A stretch of 64,000 nt of DNA from Chthoniobacteraceae bacterium (GTDB lineage Bacteria; Verrucomicrobiota; Verrucomicrobiia; Chthoniobacterales; Chthoniobacteraceae), in assembly GCA_031409335.1 (NCBI GenBank), contig JANNWY010000214.1, positions 32,001-96,000 of the forward strand, in the 5' to 3' direction. The notes below the pieces were generated by a model that saw only the letters and a program-made list of their open reading frames with translations, did no database searches and was not told the DNA's origin. Shown one piece after another: positions 37,890 through 48,604 of the stretch (the stretch's first letter is position 1; every line of letters begins with the position of its first letter). A program made the position numbers and the translations under genes.

Positions 37890-38246
37890 TTACCATTCGC
37901 CTTCATCGCGCCGCGGCGGCGAGATGGAATAGGGCGAATGCGGGTTGAGAACCTCATCGGCAGCGAGGTGATAGTCCAAGTCGTCGTGCGGCAGAGGTGG
38001 CGGAGCGAGAGTTACAAGCGTTTGTTTCCTCGGCCAAGTTTCTCCGGCGTCATCAAGCGCCTCCGACGCGATGGAGCGAAGCCTGGTCCGCGGCTGGCCC
38101 GGCTGTGATCTGCCTCCAAATCTGAGCAAAAAACGAAACCCGATCACGATTGCGGCGAGAAAAGCAAAAACGACCGCGAACACATAAAATGAGATTGCGA
38201 GTGGTGAGTGCACTGGGCTTCGGAGGCTCGGCAAAGATTCTGCCAA
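37890..38246 (-). CDS. Hypothetical single-TM membrane protein
   Basis: One hydrophobic helix; co-oriented with the XRE genes. Confidence 0.45.
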   Translation of the reverse strand: MAESLPSLRSPVHSPLAISFYVFAVVFAFLAAIVIGFRFLLRFGGRSQPGQPRTRLRSIASEALDDAGETWPRKQTLVTLAPPPLPHDDLDYHLAADEVLNPHSPYSISPPRRDEGEW

Positions 38247-38603
38247 AGTGTCTTCTCACGCAAGATTGCAATGGCACGTTTGCCATGTGGTGCAAACACC
38301 GCTTTCTCGCTTGGCAGTGCGGAACGAATCGCGGCATCGAACGCCTGCGTTCCGGCAAATCATGCGCGAGCTGGTCGGCGCGGAATTGCGTCGGGGGTGA
38401 CGCTCGTCATGGCGCGGAGGGCGGCGGTTATGCTGAGATTTATATCGGCATGCGTATTCCCGCCAAGACGGACGAAGGAACGTCAGGATATTGTTCGACG
38501 AAGATTCGATTCAGCCAAGCTCCGCATCTTCCGCCTGAAAATCACCCGCATCTTCGCCTCCCGCCAAGACCCACCCATCCTCCCGGAATCCTTTCATAAG
38601 GCA

Positions 38604-38770
38604 TAACGCCGCAAAGTCGCACTCCGCGCCGCCTGCAAAAGTCAGCCCGACGATCTTGTGCGTGGCAAAGCGGTCGATGATCGCGCGCAGCGGCCTGTCG
38701 AAAAAAATGCGCCCGCTGTCGATGATGATGACCCTTTTGCACAGCTTCTCGATGTCCTGAATGTAGTGGC
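38604..38770 (-). pseudogene. Internal fragment of an ABC transporter ATP-binding gene
   Basis: HYIQDIEKLCKRVIIIDSGRIFFD.PL matches the H-loop and following strands of ABC ATPases; no Walker motifs present. Confidence 0.7.
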
Positions 38771-38992
38771 GGGTGTGATTGAAAGTGGTGCCAACGAGAG
38801 CAGGCGGAAGGTGGTGGACCAAGGAGTGGCGATTTCCAAATCGCCAAACGAAAAACGCCGCGGAGCGGCCCCTTCTCGCCGCGGAAAGAGAGTGAGCGCT
38901 GCGCGCGTGGGAAGGGCGGCGATTCGGAAATCGCCGCTCCCAGTGCGCCGGCCCGATTGCCGCGCTCTGTGGCACCACTTTGAATCACACCC
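38771..38992. mobile_element. 222-bp MITE-like element with 23-bp terminal inverted repeats and an internal REP-like doublet
   Basis: gggtgtgattgaaagtggtgcca (38771-38793) vs tggcaccactttgaatcacaccc (38970-38992), 22/23. Inner arms 38823-38845 and 38918-38940, 21/23. Confidence 0.75.
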
Positions 38993-39068
38993 TGTTTTTG
39001 CAGGTGCGATAGACGTTGGTCAGTCCGCTGGTTTCGATGGCGCTCCCGATCCGGTGAAAGAATGGCGC

Positions 39069-40145
39069 TCACCCTTTCCGCACTGGCCCGATGGTCCCGC
39101 CGGGCACGAATTCCGCGGGGAAATTGATCGTCTCGCGGTCTGCGTGGCCTTTTCGGGCGGCTTCGACCCAGCGCACGATGCGGCGGATGATGGGTGCGTT
39201 TTCCCAGCGCATCCCCGCGACGGGCGGATGGTGCCAGAAGAAGGTGGTATCGTAGTCGGCGGCGACCATGGAGACATCCGTGGGGACGCGGATTCCGCGC
39301 CGGACGAGAAAGGCGGTGGCGGCATGGAAGAGGGAGGGTTCATCGAGGATGAGGGCGGTGGGCGGGGTGGTTCGGAAGAGGCTTTCGAGCAGCGCGTGGA
39401 AGCCCTCGGGGGTTTCTTCCCAGTCGGGCAACCCATAGTCTCCCGCGATGATCCCGCGGGCGGCGAGTTCGTCGAGGAAGACTTGTTCGACGTTTCCCGG
39501 TTTGGGCAATCGCCTCTGACGGCGGCAGAGGAGCACGATGCGGCGATGCCCCAGCCCGAGCAGGCAGCGGGTGGCGGCAGTGTAGGCCGGCACTTTGTCC
39601 GGCCCGGTGCGGGCGATCTGCAGCCCATCCGTGCGTCCGTAGAGGGCCAGGCAGGGTTTCGCCTGGCCGGCAAACCATTCCAGCAGTGGGCGGCTGCCGG
39701 ACTCCACAATCCAGACATGAGCCGGGCTTTCCCCGAGGTGGGCTGCGATGTGTTCGACGTCGTGCCGAAGCGCCACCTGGGATTTCGCAGCGCAGAATAC
39801 TTCATGGCCGGCCGCTTCCAGATCGTGCTGGAGCTGGGACATCAGTAGTGTCGCCTGCGGCGCTTCCGAGATCGAGGCGTCATACAGGAGAATGCCCACG
39901 CGCAGCTTGGTCTCGGCTGAATCGACCAGGTGGATGGTCCGGCTCCGGCCCCGGCCATGCACGCTCAGCAAGCCCTCGCTTTCGAGCATCCGCAGCGCGG
40001 CTTGCAGGGTGTTGGTCGAGACATCCAATTCCGCCGCCAAACGTGCCACGCCCGGCAGGCTTCCGGCCCAATGCCCGCGCCGCAAGCCCTCGCGCAGGTG
40101 CGCGGCGGCTTGCTCGGCGACGGTGAGACGACGCAGTGGGTGCAT
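39069..40145 (-). CDS. GntR-type HTH plus LacI-like sugar-binding domain transcriptional regulator
   Basis: LPGVARLAAELDVSTNTLQAALRMLESEGLL; LLGLGHRRI, PPTAL and GIRVPTDVS. Confidence 0.88.
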   Translation of the reverse strand: MHPLRRLTVAEQAAAHLREGLRRGHWAGSLPGVARLAAELDVSTNTLQAALRMLESEGLLSVHGRGRSRTIHLVDSAETKLRVGILLYDASISEAPQATLLMSQLQHDLEAAGHEVFCAAKSQVALRHDVEHIAAHLGESPAHVWIVESGSRPLLEWFAGQAKPCLALYGRTDGLQIARTGPDKVPAYTAATRCLLGLGHRRIVLLCRRQRRLPKPGNVEQVFLDELAARGIIAGDYGLPDWEETPEGFHALLESLFRTTPPTALILDEPSLFHAATAFLVRRGIRVPTDVSMVAADYDTTFFWHHPPVAGMRWENAPIIRRIVRWVEAARKGHADRETINFPAEFVPGGTIGPVRKG

Positions 40146-40269
40146 GGAATGCCTATGGCATATTTTAGCATAGTGGCCAGGGAACAATGATTTGTGAAAC
40201 ACCCCGGTAGACACACTACTGCTCACCACAGTGACGCATCCCTCCAAAACGAACATTGCCAAGACTCCT

Positions 40270-43200
40270 ATGAAAACCACCCAGCCCAGCACTACCGCAC
40301 TTCGCCGCAGCAAGACCGCCCGCATCCTCGCAGGCTCCATCGCCGCCCTCCTCGCCGTGCAGTCGGCGCAGGCTGCGGATGACACCTGGAGCAATGCCGG
40401 TGCAACGAATGCAAACTGGAACACCGCGGACAACTGGGCTGGCGGCGTCGCTCCGGGTTCCACTGTGCCCATTACCGGCTCCAATGCCGATCCCGACATG
40501 GCCACGTTCGATACGGCGCTGGGCACCTTCGGCACGTTCGGCCTCCCGATACTCATTGACGCGAACCGGAACATCCAACACCTCATTTTCGACCTCGCCG
40601 CCGGCAATTACTTCATCGGCGCGGGCGTCAATCCGCTCTATCTCACCAGCGGCGGCACCATCCGGATCGACGGCACGCTCACCGCCACCAATGCCATTGA
40701 AACCATCAACGCCCCGCTCGTCATCGAAGGAACCGGCGGAGCCGGCGGCATCGGCTTCTTTGTCAACAACAGCGCCGACGGCGCGGGTGCCGGCGCGGGC
40801 ACCTTGAACATTGGCGGCGGCATCACCGGCGGCAGCGCGCTCGATGCCACGATCCTGACCCTCGTCGGCAGCAACACCAACGCCAACACCATCAGCGGCG
40901 TCATCGGCAATGGTGCCGCCCCGAGTCTGAGCCTCGAGAAAGACCAGGTGGGCACTTGGGTTCTCTCCGGCTCCAACACCTACACCGGCCTGACCACGGT
41001 TTTGGGCGGCGTCCTTGAAGTGACGGCGGACAACGCCCTCGGCACGAACGCCGGCGCCCTCGGCACCGTCGTCTCCGGCGGCACGCTGCGCCTCGCAAAC
41101 GTGAACTACTCCACCGCCGAGGCTCTGGACATCGCCGGCCCCGGCGTCTCCGGCGGCGCGCTGGCTTCCACTGGCATCAGCACCTATGCGGGTGCGATCA
41201 CCGTTTCGAGCAACGCCACGATTTCTTCCACGGGCACGCTGAACCTCACCGGCGGCGTCATCAAGGACGGCACCACCGCCACCTTCACCGGCGGCGGCAC
41301 GATCAGCATCAATGGCGTCGGCATCAGCGGCGCGAGCGCCGGTTCCGACGTCATCGTGAACGGCGCGACCCTCGTGCTCAATGTGGCCAGCAGCTATGTC
41401 GGCCTGACCACGATCACCAAGGGTTCGGTGCGCGTCTCCGATGCCAATGGTCTCGGCACCACGGCAGCCGGCACTACGGTGGCGGCCTCCGGGGCCGCGC
41501 TGCAATTGACCGGCGTGGCTGCGACCTATGCGGCGGAAGCCCTCACCATCACTGGCTCGGGCATCAACGCCGCCGGGGCTCTGGAAAATCTCTCCGGCAA
41601 CAACATCTGGGGCACCTTGCCGATCATCTTGGGCGGAGCCGCCACCATCGGTTCCACGAGCGGGAGCTTGAGCATCGTCGGCGGGATCACTCCAGGGGGC
41701 AACGCCCTTACCTTTGCGGGTGCCGGTAATATCAGCATCGGCACCACTGCCATTTCAGCCGGTGCCGCCACCCAGACCAAGATCGGGACCGGCACGCTGA
41801 CCCTCACCAATGCCGACCCGCTCACTGGTAACATCGCCGTGATTGGCGGCACCCTGGCTCTCAATACTGCCGGCACGACTAATGGCAATGTCGCCCTTTC
41901 CCCGGCAGCCACCCTCTCGATCACCGACGACAGCGTCGCGCCGACGGCCAACCGGCTGAGCGGAAAGACCCTGTCGCTGAACGCCGGCATCCTGAATTAC
42001 GTCGGGAGCACGACTGGCAATTCCGCGGAGACGACCGGTGCGCTCACGGTGCTCGGCGGCCACTCCGTGGTCACGGTCACGGAACTGAACGCGGGTCTGC
42101 AGGCTAACTTGAACTTTAATGCGGCGACCGTGCGGGACGCCAACACGGGCGGCACGGTGCTTTTCCGCGGCACCGCGCTGGCTAGCGCGCTGACCAATGG
42201 CTCGGCGACGATTAGGTCCGGCACCGGCGGCTTTACCTTCATTGGACAGACGGGCGCTGTGGGAACGTTCAATAAAGGAATCCTGCCTTGGGCGCTGGTC
42301 GCTACGACCGCCGGCGGGTTGGGCTCCTCGTTTGCCACGGCGGACTCCGCGACCGGCTTCCTGCGGCCGCTGAATACCGTCACGGAAATGGTCACCAATG
42401 TTTATACATCCGTTCCCGCCACGCCCAACGTCTTGCTGAACGCCGTGGTGGCGGCACCCGCGGCGACCCTGACTGGAGCTGTGAACACCACGATCAACTC
42501 GCTCACCATCAACGCGGGTGGAGGGGTGACGATGGCTCCCTCCGCCTCCAACGCCACCACGCTGAGCATTGCCAGTGGCGGCCTGCTCGCCACGGACACC
42601 AGCAGCATTACCGGCGGGGTGCTGGCGCCTTCGGGGCAGTTCGATGTCTTTACCCCTGGTGCCGGGACCACGCTGACCATTTCCAGCGCCGTCACCAACG
42701 CCAGCGGGTTTGCCAAGGCGGGCGCCGGAACCCTGGCGCTGAACAGCGTCAGCGGTGCCTACCCCGGCTATACCACCAACACCATGACGGGCGCGAGCCA
42801 CGACATGCGGACCCAGATCAACGAAGGGGTCGTGATCCTCGGCGCCGACAACGCCTTGGGCGGTGTCGGCGGGGGCACCGGGGGTGCATCCCATATCGCC
42901 CTGGCGATCTCTCCCGGAGCCACGCTCGACCTGAACGGCAAAATCCAGTATCTCGGTCCCATAGCCAGCCAGGCATTCACCACCCCTCTCGGCAGCTTCG
43001 TCGGGGGTCTGGTCACCTCGGCCGGTGTCGCCAACGACGCGACCGCTGGATTGATCAAATCCACGACCGGGAGCGGCACTTTGTATCTGACCATGCAAAA
43101 TTCCGGCCCCCAAAAGCAGTATGGTTTCTCGGGCAGCATCCAGGGCGCGAGTGTCGGCCTCGCCCGGGTGGGCCAGGCGACCGGCGACAACCTGTTCCTC

Positions 43201-46200
43201 CGCGGGGTCAGCACCTACGGCGGGCCGACCCTCATCGCCGGCGGGGGACTTGCCTCGGGTGGTGGCACGATCGTTCGCGATGATGGGCGGCTCACCGGGA
43301 CGTCGCGCATTGACCTCAACTACGCCAGCTTCACGATTGATAATACCGGCCTGTCCAACCATGCGAATCGCATCAACGATGCCGCGGACATCGGCCTCCG
43401 GGGCGGCTCCTTGTTCTTCCTGGGCCGCGCCCAGACCGCCTCGTCCGAAACTCTGGGAGCCGTCACCCTGGCGCAGGGCCACTCGGTTGTCGTCGTCACG
43501 CCGGGTGCCGGCATGGCCGCCGATCTGACGTTCACGAGCCTCGCCCGGACGGCGGGCTCCGCTGCCACGGCCGTCTTTGACGGACTCACCCTGGGCACCA
43601 GCGGCAACAACGCGCGGATCAATATCGCCGGCGCCACTCCCGCCTCGCTCACGGCGGCGGGCCTCATGGTCAATAACATCATGCCGTGGGCCGTGACCAA
43701 CAGCAGCGGCGGCAATTACATTGGCAGCGACTTCGCCAGCTACATTCCCTACACCACGGTCAATGGGGTCACCTCCGGCGGCATCGGGGCGATGGGTAAT
43801 ACGGCTGCGGGTTATGCCGCCTACGACGGCACGGCCATCCCCGGCGTGGATTCGCCCACCCAGAACATCAAGGTCCAGAACCCGTTCATCACGGCCAGCG
43901 TCCAGCTCAACAGCTTGAACCTCAATGGCAGTGGCATCGCGTTCTCGGCGGGCACTGAAGTGCTCAACCTGACTTCCGGCGGCCTCCTCACTGGTCAAGG
44001 CGGCGGTGCCATCGGTTCGTCCGCGGGCAACGGCTACATCACCGCCGGCGGCACGGACACCAGCGCCACCACCCACGATCTGTACATCTATCAGGTCAAC
44101 AATGGCGTCAAGCAGTTGAACTCCACGATCATTGATACCAGCGATCCTCTGACCTTAGTGGGCGGCAGCGGCAGGACCCGGCTGGTGGTCTTCGGTGGCG
44201 ATAATCTGGCCATCAACAGCCCCGCCAACAGCTACACCGGCGGCACCGTCTTCAACACCACGAAATTGCAACTGAACACCTCCACTGGCGTGGTCATCCC
44301 CCTCGCCGCCACGCCGGCGGACGGCTTGGTGCTCAATTATTCCACCCTGACCATGACCAACACCCCGGGCCAGATCCACACGGGTAACATTGTGACGCTC
44401 AACGGTTCCTCGCAGGCCACCCTCTTCGGCGACAACACCCTGGCGGGTTTGGTCTTGAATAGCACCGGCGGCACGGACGCCGCAGGTGCCAACGGCGTGC
44501 AGTCGCCCGTCGTCAATACCTTTACCGCCTTTTCCACCACCAACACCGCCGGTGCCTCCGGAATCCTGACCCTCGGGGCCAGCGGCATCACCACCACCTC
44601 GTTGGTCATGCCGGTTGATACCACCAATTCCCGGATCGTGGGCCGGGTGGACCTGGCCGCGAACTCGCCGCTGAACATCGGTGCGACCAAGTTCAATGGT
44701 CAGATCGTCAGTGCGTTCCTGCCCGACCTGACGCTGCAAGGCGTGACCGGCGGTGGCGTCGGTTCGACGATCACCAAGTCCGGCGACGGCGTCCTGCAGT
44801 TCAACACGGCGACCGTTTTCACGGGCACGCTGGATGTCACCGGCGGCACCATTCAGGTCGGCGCGAACAATGCCGGCGCGCGCTTCGCCAATGTGACCCT
44901 GGGGGCCGGCGGGCGGCTGAATGTCAATGGCCTGGCCAACTTGTATGGCTCCCTCGGCGGTTCGGGTAGCGTGACCAGTTCCGGCAACCCCGGCACCCTC
45001 ACGGTGGGCTTTTCCGATGCCAACTCGACCTTCTCTGGAGCCTTCCTCCGTCATACCGACGCGGTGATCCTTCCGGTCAACCTGACTAAGATCGGCACTG
45101 GCACGATGAAGCTGACGGGTAACACCAGCACCGCCAATGGCACCCTGACCGTCCAAGTCGGCGGAGTAACCTTCCAGGACGCCGGCGTGAACAACTTCCT
45201 CAACAACTCGAACGCGACCCCCGTCGGCGTGGTCGTCAATCCTGGTGGCACCCTCACCCTCGACAACGTGATCGGCATCAGCGTGCCCAACCGCCTCGCG
45301 GGCGCGGCCGTGTCGCTCGCCGGCGGCACCCTGGACTTCAAAGGCAACGCCACCACCGAGAACGCCGGGCCGCTCAATAACAACGCTGGCATGAGCATCG
45401 TCAACGTCAGCGGCACCGGCACGCTGAGCTTCTCCAGCCTCAACAACCACGCCAGCGGCGGCGTGGTCAAATTCACGGGCACCGGCCCGGCGGTCCAGTT
45501 CGCGGCTACCACGACGATCGTCGATGGCCTCCTCATGGGTGGAGCCTCGGCTTCCACGGCGGCGGGGTATTTCTTCGGGAACAGCGATTTTGCAACCAGC
45601 ACCGGAGCTGCCAACGCGCCGATCACAGTCTATGCGGGCTATAACACCGGGACGATCGCCCTCGGGGCCGCGACGGATAACATGGCACCCTTGGTGAGCG
45701 AGAACCTGCTAACTAACAAGACGATCAATACCCTCAAGCTCGGGACCGGCGTGAACGTGACCCAGAGCCCCGGCGTGACCTTGACCATCGACGCCGGCAC
45801 CATCATTAGCACTGGCAGCAACATCACCGGCGGCCGGCTGGCCGTGGGCAGCAGCGAACTGATCGTCAACAAATCCGGCGCGACGACCATGACCATCGGC
45901 AGTGTGTTGCAAGGTTCCAGCGTGCGGTTGGTCAAGGTCGGCGATGGCAACCTCACGCTGAGTGTGGCGCAGAACAACGATTCGACCACGGTCAACGAAG
46001 GCACCCTGACCCTCTCCGGTGCCAATAACATCCTGAGCAGCAGGAATGGACTCGTCGTCAACGGCGGCGGCACCGTGGTGAACCTGACCAACACCAGCCT
46101 GTATGTCCCCTCGCTGACCAGCACCGGCACGCTGCCCGGATCGAGCGGCATCGTGACGGGTGCGGGCGGAACGCTGACCACGAGAACCGGCGGCACCTTT

Positions 46201-48480
46201 GCCGGTAAGATCCAGGGCACGCTCAATCTAGTCTTTGGCGGGGGCGGCACCATGACTTTGGTGGACGACAGCAGCACCGTCGGCACAGTCACCGTGCAGG
46301 GTGGCCTGACGCTGAGGGACAGCGGCAAGCTCTCCGGGGCCACGTCCGTGGCGGTCAACTACTCGACGCTGAACATTGACCAGAGCGGCCTGAATCCCTT
46401 GGGTAGCTTGAACCCCACCCGCCTCCCCGCCGGGGCGGCGATCAGCCTGTCCGGCGGCACGCTGGTGCTAACTCCGGGCGGTTCCGTGGATACCTCGGCC
46501 ACCTTTAACGCTGTGAACGCGCTGCGCGGGGCCAATACCATCACGGCCAACCGACTGGACGGCGGCACCACCAATACGCTGACCATCGGAAACCTCCAGC
46601 GCGCGCCGGGCAGCACCGTGCATTTCTCGGCGGACACCGGGCTCCTCGGCATGAACCAGTCCAGGGTGCTCCTGGGCGGGATCAACGGGAACGCCCCGGT
46701 GAACGGTGCCTTCCTCGGGCCATGGGCCGTGGTGAATAACGGTGACTTTGCAAGCTACCTGGATGGAACGGCACCGGTGACGCCGGCGCCGCAGGGTGTT
46801 GGACGGTATGGGCAAGCCGGTTTCCCGGCTTACAGCACGAACGTCTTGGGGACCGGCAATATTGTTAATTTCAACACCGCAGGGTTCGTCCTCGGGGGCG
46901 ACACCGCTGTGGGTGCGCTGCGCCTCTCCCAAGGCGCAAACCAGACCTTTGACTTCGCCGCCGCCGGGGTGGTTCTGAATATCGAAACCGGCGGGTTGCT
47001 GCGCAGCAATAACAACAACACTACCAGGATCGGCTCGGTGGTGGGTAACGGCGTCCTCACCGCCGGGGCCACGGTGGCCGGCACCACGGAGCTGGTGGCT
47101 TACTCGAACCAGAACATTTGGACGATTAACTCGATCATCAAGGACGGCAAGGACACCACCTTTGCCGGAGCCGACCCGTCAGCCGTCACCTCCCTGGTCA
47201 AGTCCGGTGCGGGCACCCTCGTCCTGACCGCCCTGAATACCTACACTGGCGGCACCACCGTCGATCAGGGCACACTGACCTTCACCGCCGCCGCCGCCGG
47301 GGTGGTGATTCCGGGTGATCTGACGATTCATAACGCCACGGTGACGGAAACCCTGGCCGGCCAGATCGCGGCGACCAGCACGGTGACCCTTAACAGCGGC
47401 GCGACGCTAACCATGGTCGGCAACAACACCCTCGCCGGGATCGTCTTTAACAGTATCGGCGGAAGCGGGACGACGCCGCCGACGCCGCTCGTGACCACCG
47501 GCGGCGTCCTAACCCTGGCCGCGACTGGCAACATCAGTTCGACCCCGACCAACTACAATGCGGCAACCACGAACACCGGCGCTGGCGCTCCCACGATTGC
47601 GGGCACGCTGAATCTCGGCGGCACGACGACGCACGACATCACGGTGAACGCGGGCGTTGGCAACTATAACGGCTTGAACATTACCGCGCTGATCCAGAAC
47701 GGTGGTTTCACCAAGAAAGGCGCGGGCGTCCTGCACTTGGCGAATAACACCGGCAACACCTTCGGCAATATCAGCATCACCGCCGGCACCGTGGTCACGG
47801 ACCAGGGCGCGGTGGACTCCACCCTCGGCACGCTCGGCAACACCGTGACCCTCGATGGTGCCACGGCCGCGCTGTGGATCATGAGTAACACCATCAACAC
47901 CCACAACCTCAGCGTCGGCGCGGGCGGCGGCACGCTCGCCAGCGAAGGTGCCCGCACCACGGCCATGCCGATCAGCCTCACGGGCACGCTCACCGCCACC
48001 ACGATTGACCCCATCGGAGCCGGGGTGAACAACAGCGCCAGCGGCAACCTGACCCTCACGGGTCCGATCACGGGCATCGGCGGGCTGACCATCACGGGCA
48101 ACCCGAACTTCAAGCACGCCGTGACCCTGAGCAACGCGAACAACTACACGGGCGATACGAATGTGAACGTGGGACACCTGCGCGTCACCGGCACCCTCAC
48201 CGGCACGATTGTCAATGTGAACGCGAACGCATCGGCGAGCTTCGAGGTGAGCCAGACCCTGCCCGCCCTCAATATCGCCGACGGCGCGGTCGTCACCCTC
48301 GGCGCGGCGTCGCTGCCGCCAGCGGCCCCGGCCCTCGCTTTCGATTCACCGTTCGATGCCGGACTCGAACTCGCAGGGAACACCGGGCAAGCCGTGCCCG
48401 AGCCCGGCTCCGCCATGCTGATCCTCAGCGGCCTGGGCGCGCTGCTCGGTCTGCGCCGCCGCCGCACATCGGTAAAGTAG
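40270..48480 (+). CDS. Giant autotransporter-associated beta-strand repeat protein with PEP-CTERM
   Basis: About 2736 aa; signal peptide (SAQA/A), many KxGxGTLxL repeats, VPEPGS-TM-RRRR. Confidence 0.93.
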   Translation: MKTTQPSTTALRRSKTARILAGSIAALLAVQSAQAADDTWSNAGATNANWNTADNWAGGVAPGSTVPITGSNADPDMATFDTALGTFGTFGLPILIDANRNIQHLIFDLAAGNYFIGAGVNPLYLTSGGTIRIDGTLTATNAIETINAPLVIEGTGGAGGIGFFVNNSADGAGAGAGTLNIGGGITGGSALDATILTLVGSNTNANTISGVIGNGAAPSLSLEKDQVGTWVLSGSNTYTGLTTVLGGVLEVTADNALGTNAGALGTVVSGGTLRLANVNYSTAEALDIAGPGVSGGALASTGISTYAGAITVSSNATISSTGTLNLTGGVIKDGTTATFTGGGTISINGVGISGASAGSDVIVNGATLVLNVASSYVGLTTITKGSVRVSDANGLGTTAAGTTVAASGAALQLTGVAATYAAEALTITGSGINAAGALENLSGNNIWGTLPIILGGAATIGSTSGSLSIVGGITPGGNALTFAGAGNISIGTTAISAGAATQTKIGTGTLTLTNADPLTGNIAVIGGTLALNTAGTTNGNVALSPAATLSITDDSVAPTANRLSGKTLSLNAGILNYVGSTTGNSAETTGALTVLGGHSVVTVTELNAGLQANLNFNAATVRDANTGGTVLFRGTALASALTNGSATIRSGTGGFTFIGQTGAVGTFNKGILPWALVATTAGGLGSSFATADSATGFLRPLNTVTEMVTNVYTSVPATPNVLLNAVVAAPAATLTGAVNTTINSLTINAGGGVTMAPSASNATTLSIASGGLLATDTSSITGGVLAPSGQFDVFTPGAGTTLTISSAVTNASGFAKAGAGTLALNSVSGAYPGYTTNTMTGASHDMRTQINEGVVILGADNALGGVGGGTGGASHIALAISPGATLDLNGKIQYLGPIASQAFTTPLGSFVGGLVTSAGVANDATAGLIKSTTGSGTLYLTMQNSGPQKQYGFSGSIQGASVGLARVGQATGDNLFLRGVSTYGGPTLIAGGGLASGGGTIVRDDGRLTGTSRIDLNYASFTIDNTGLSNHANRINDAADIGLRGGSLFFLGRAQTASSETLGAVTLAQGHSVVVVTPGAGMAADLTFTSLARTAGSAATAVFDGLTLGTSGNNARINIAGATPASLTAAGLMVNNIMPWAVTNSSGGNYIGSDFASYIPYTTVNGVTSGGIGAMGNTAAGYAAYDGTAIPGVDSPTQNIKVQNPFITASVQLNSLNLNGSGIAFSAGTEVLNLTSGGLLTGQGGGAIGSSAGNGYITAGGTDTSATTHDLYIYQVNNGVKQLNSTIIDTSDPLTLVGGSGRTRLVVFGGDNLAINSPANSYTGGTVFNTTKLQLNTSTGVVIPLAATPADGLVLNYSTLTMTNTPGQIHTGNIVTLNGSSQATLFGDNTLAGLVLNSTGGTDAAGANGVQSPVVNTFTAFSTTNTAGASGILTLGASGITTTSLVMPVDTTNSRIVGRVDLAANSPLNIGATKFNGQIVSAFLPDLTLQGVTGGGVGSTITKSGDGVLQFNTATVFTGTLDVTGGTIQVGANNAGARFANVTLGAGGRLNVNGLANLYGSLGGSGSVTSSGNPGTLTVGFSDANSTFSGAFLRHTDAVILPVNLTKIGTGTMKLTGNTSTANGTLTVQVGGVTFQDAGVNNFLNNSNATPVGVVVNPGGTLTLDNVIGISVPNRLAGAAVSLAGGTLDFKGNATTENAGPLNNNAGMSIVNVSGTGTLSFSSLNNHASGGVVKFTGTGPAVQFAATTTIVDGLLMGGASASTAAGYFFGNSDFATSTGAANAPITVYAGYNTGTIALGAATDNMAPLVSENLLTNKTINTLKLGTGVNVTQSPGVTLTIDAGTIISTGSNITGGRLAVGSSELIVNKSGATTMTIGSVLQGSSVRLVKVGDGNLTLSVAQNNDSTTVNEGTLTLSGANNILSSRNGLVVNGGGTVVNLTNTSLYVPSLTSTGTLPGSSGIVTGAGGTLTTRTGGTFAGKIQGTLNLVFGGGGTMTLVDDSSTVGTVTVQGGLTLRDSGKLSGATSVAVNYSTLNIDQSGLNPLGSLNPTRLPAGAAISLSGGTLVLTPGGSVDTSATFNAVNALRGANTITANRLDGGTTNTLTIGNLQRAPGSTVHFSADTGLLGMNQSRVLLGGINGNAPVNGAFLGPWAVVNNGDFASYLDGTAPVTPAPQGVGRYGQAGFPAYSTNVLGTGNIVNFNTAGFVLGGDTAVGALRLSQGANQTFDFAAAGVVLNIETGGLLRSNNNNTTRIGSVVGNGVLTAGATVAGTTELVAYSNQNIWTINSIIKDGKDTTFAGADPSAVTSLVKSGAGTLVLTALNTYTGGTTVDQGTLTFTAAAAGVVIPGDLTIHNATVTETLAGQIAATSTVTLNSGATLTMVGNNTLAGIVFNSIGGSGTTPPTPLVTTGGVLTLAATGNISSTPTNYNAATTNTGAGAPTIAGTLNLGGTTTHDITVNAGVGNYNGLNITALIQNGGFTKKGAGVLHLANNTGNTFGNISITAGTVVTDQGAVDSTLGTLGNTVTLDGATAALWIMSNTINTHNLSVGAGGGTLASEGARTTAMPISLTGTLTATTIDPIGAGVNNSASGNLTLTGPITGIGGLTITGNPNFKHAVTLSNANNYTGDTNVNVGHLRVTGTLTGTIVNVNANASASFEVSQTLPALNIADGAVVTLGAASLPPAAPALAFDSPFDAGLELAGNTGQAVPEPGSAMLILSGLGALLGLRRRRTSVK

Positions 48481-48604
48481 TCCGCGACTTTAGTCGTCAA
48501 CAGCATGACCGCGCGATGATCGAGCCATCCTTTCGGAATCCTTCGATAAAGCCGCGCTGAAATTCTGCCAAAATACCCACTCCACCACCAGCACCTCACG
48601 GCCC

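Larger units (their letters stand above)
35388..38770. mobile_element. tRNA-Pro-integrated element or remnant (right boundary uncertain)
   Basis: Integrase, excisionase-like HTH and XRE regulators next to the tRNA; no convincing attR seen. Confidence 0.65.

Noticed and set aside
35388..38770. Prophage
   Set aside because: No structural, packaging or replication genes, only an integrase and small regulators.
38946..38957. 12-bp match (cgccggcccgat) to the tRNA-Pro 3' end as a possible attR
   Set aside because: Short, GC-rich, lacks the T-arm sequence and lies inside the MITE; chance cannot be excluded.
40146..40269. Sigma54-like promoter (tggcatattttagca) upstream of the PEP-CTERM genes
   Set aside because: GG-GC spacing is 9 nt rather than the required 10.
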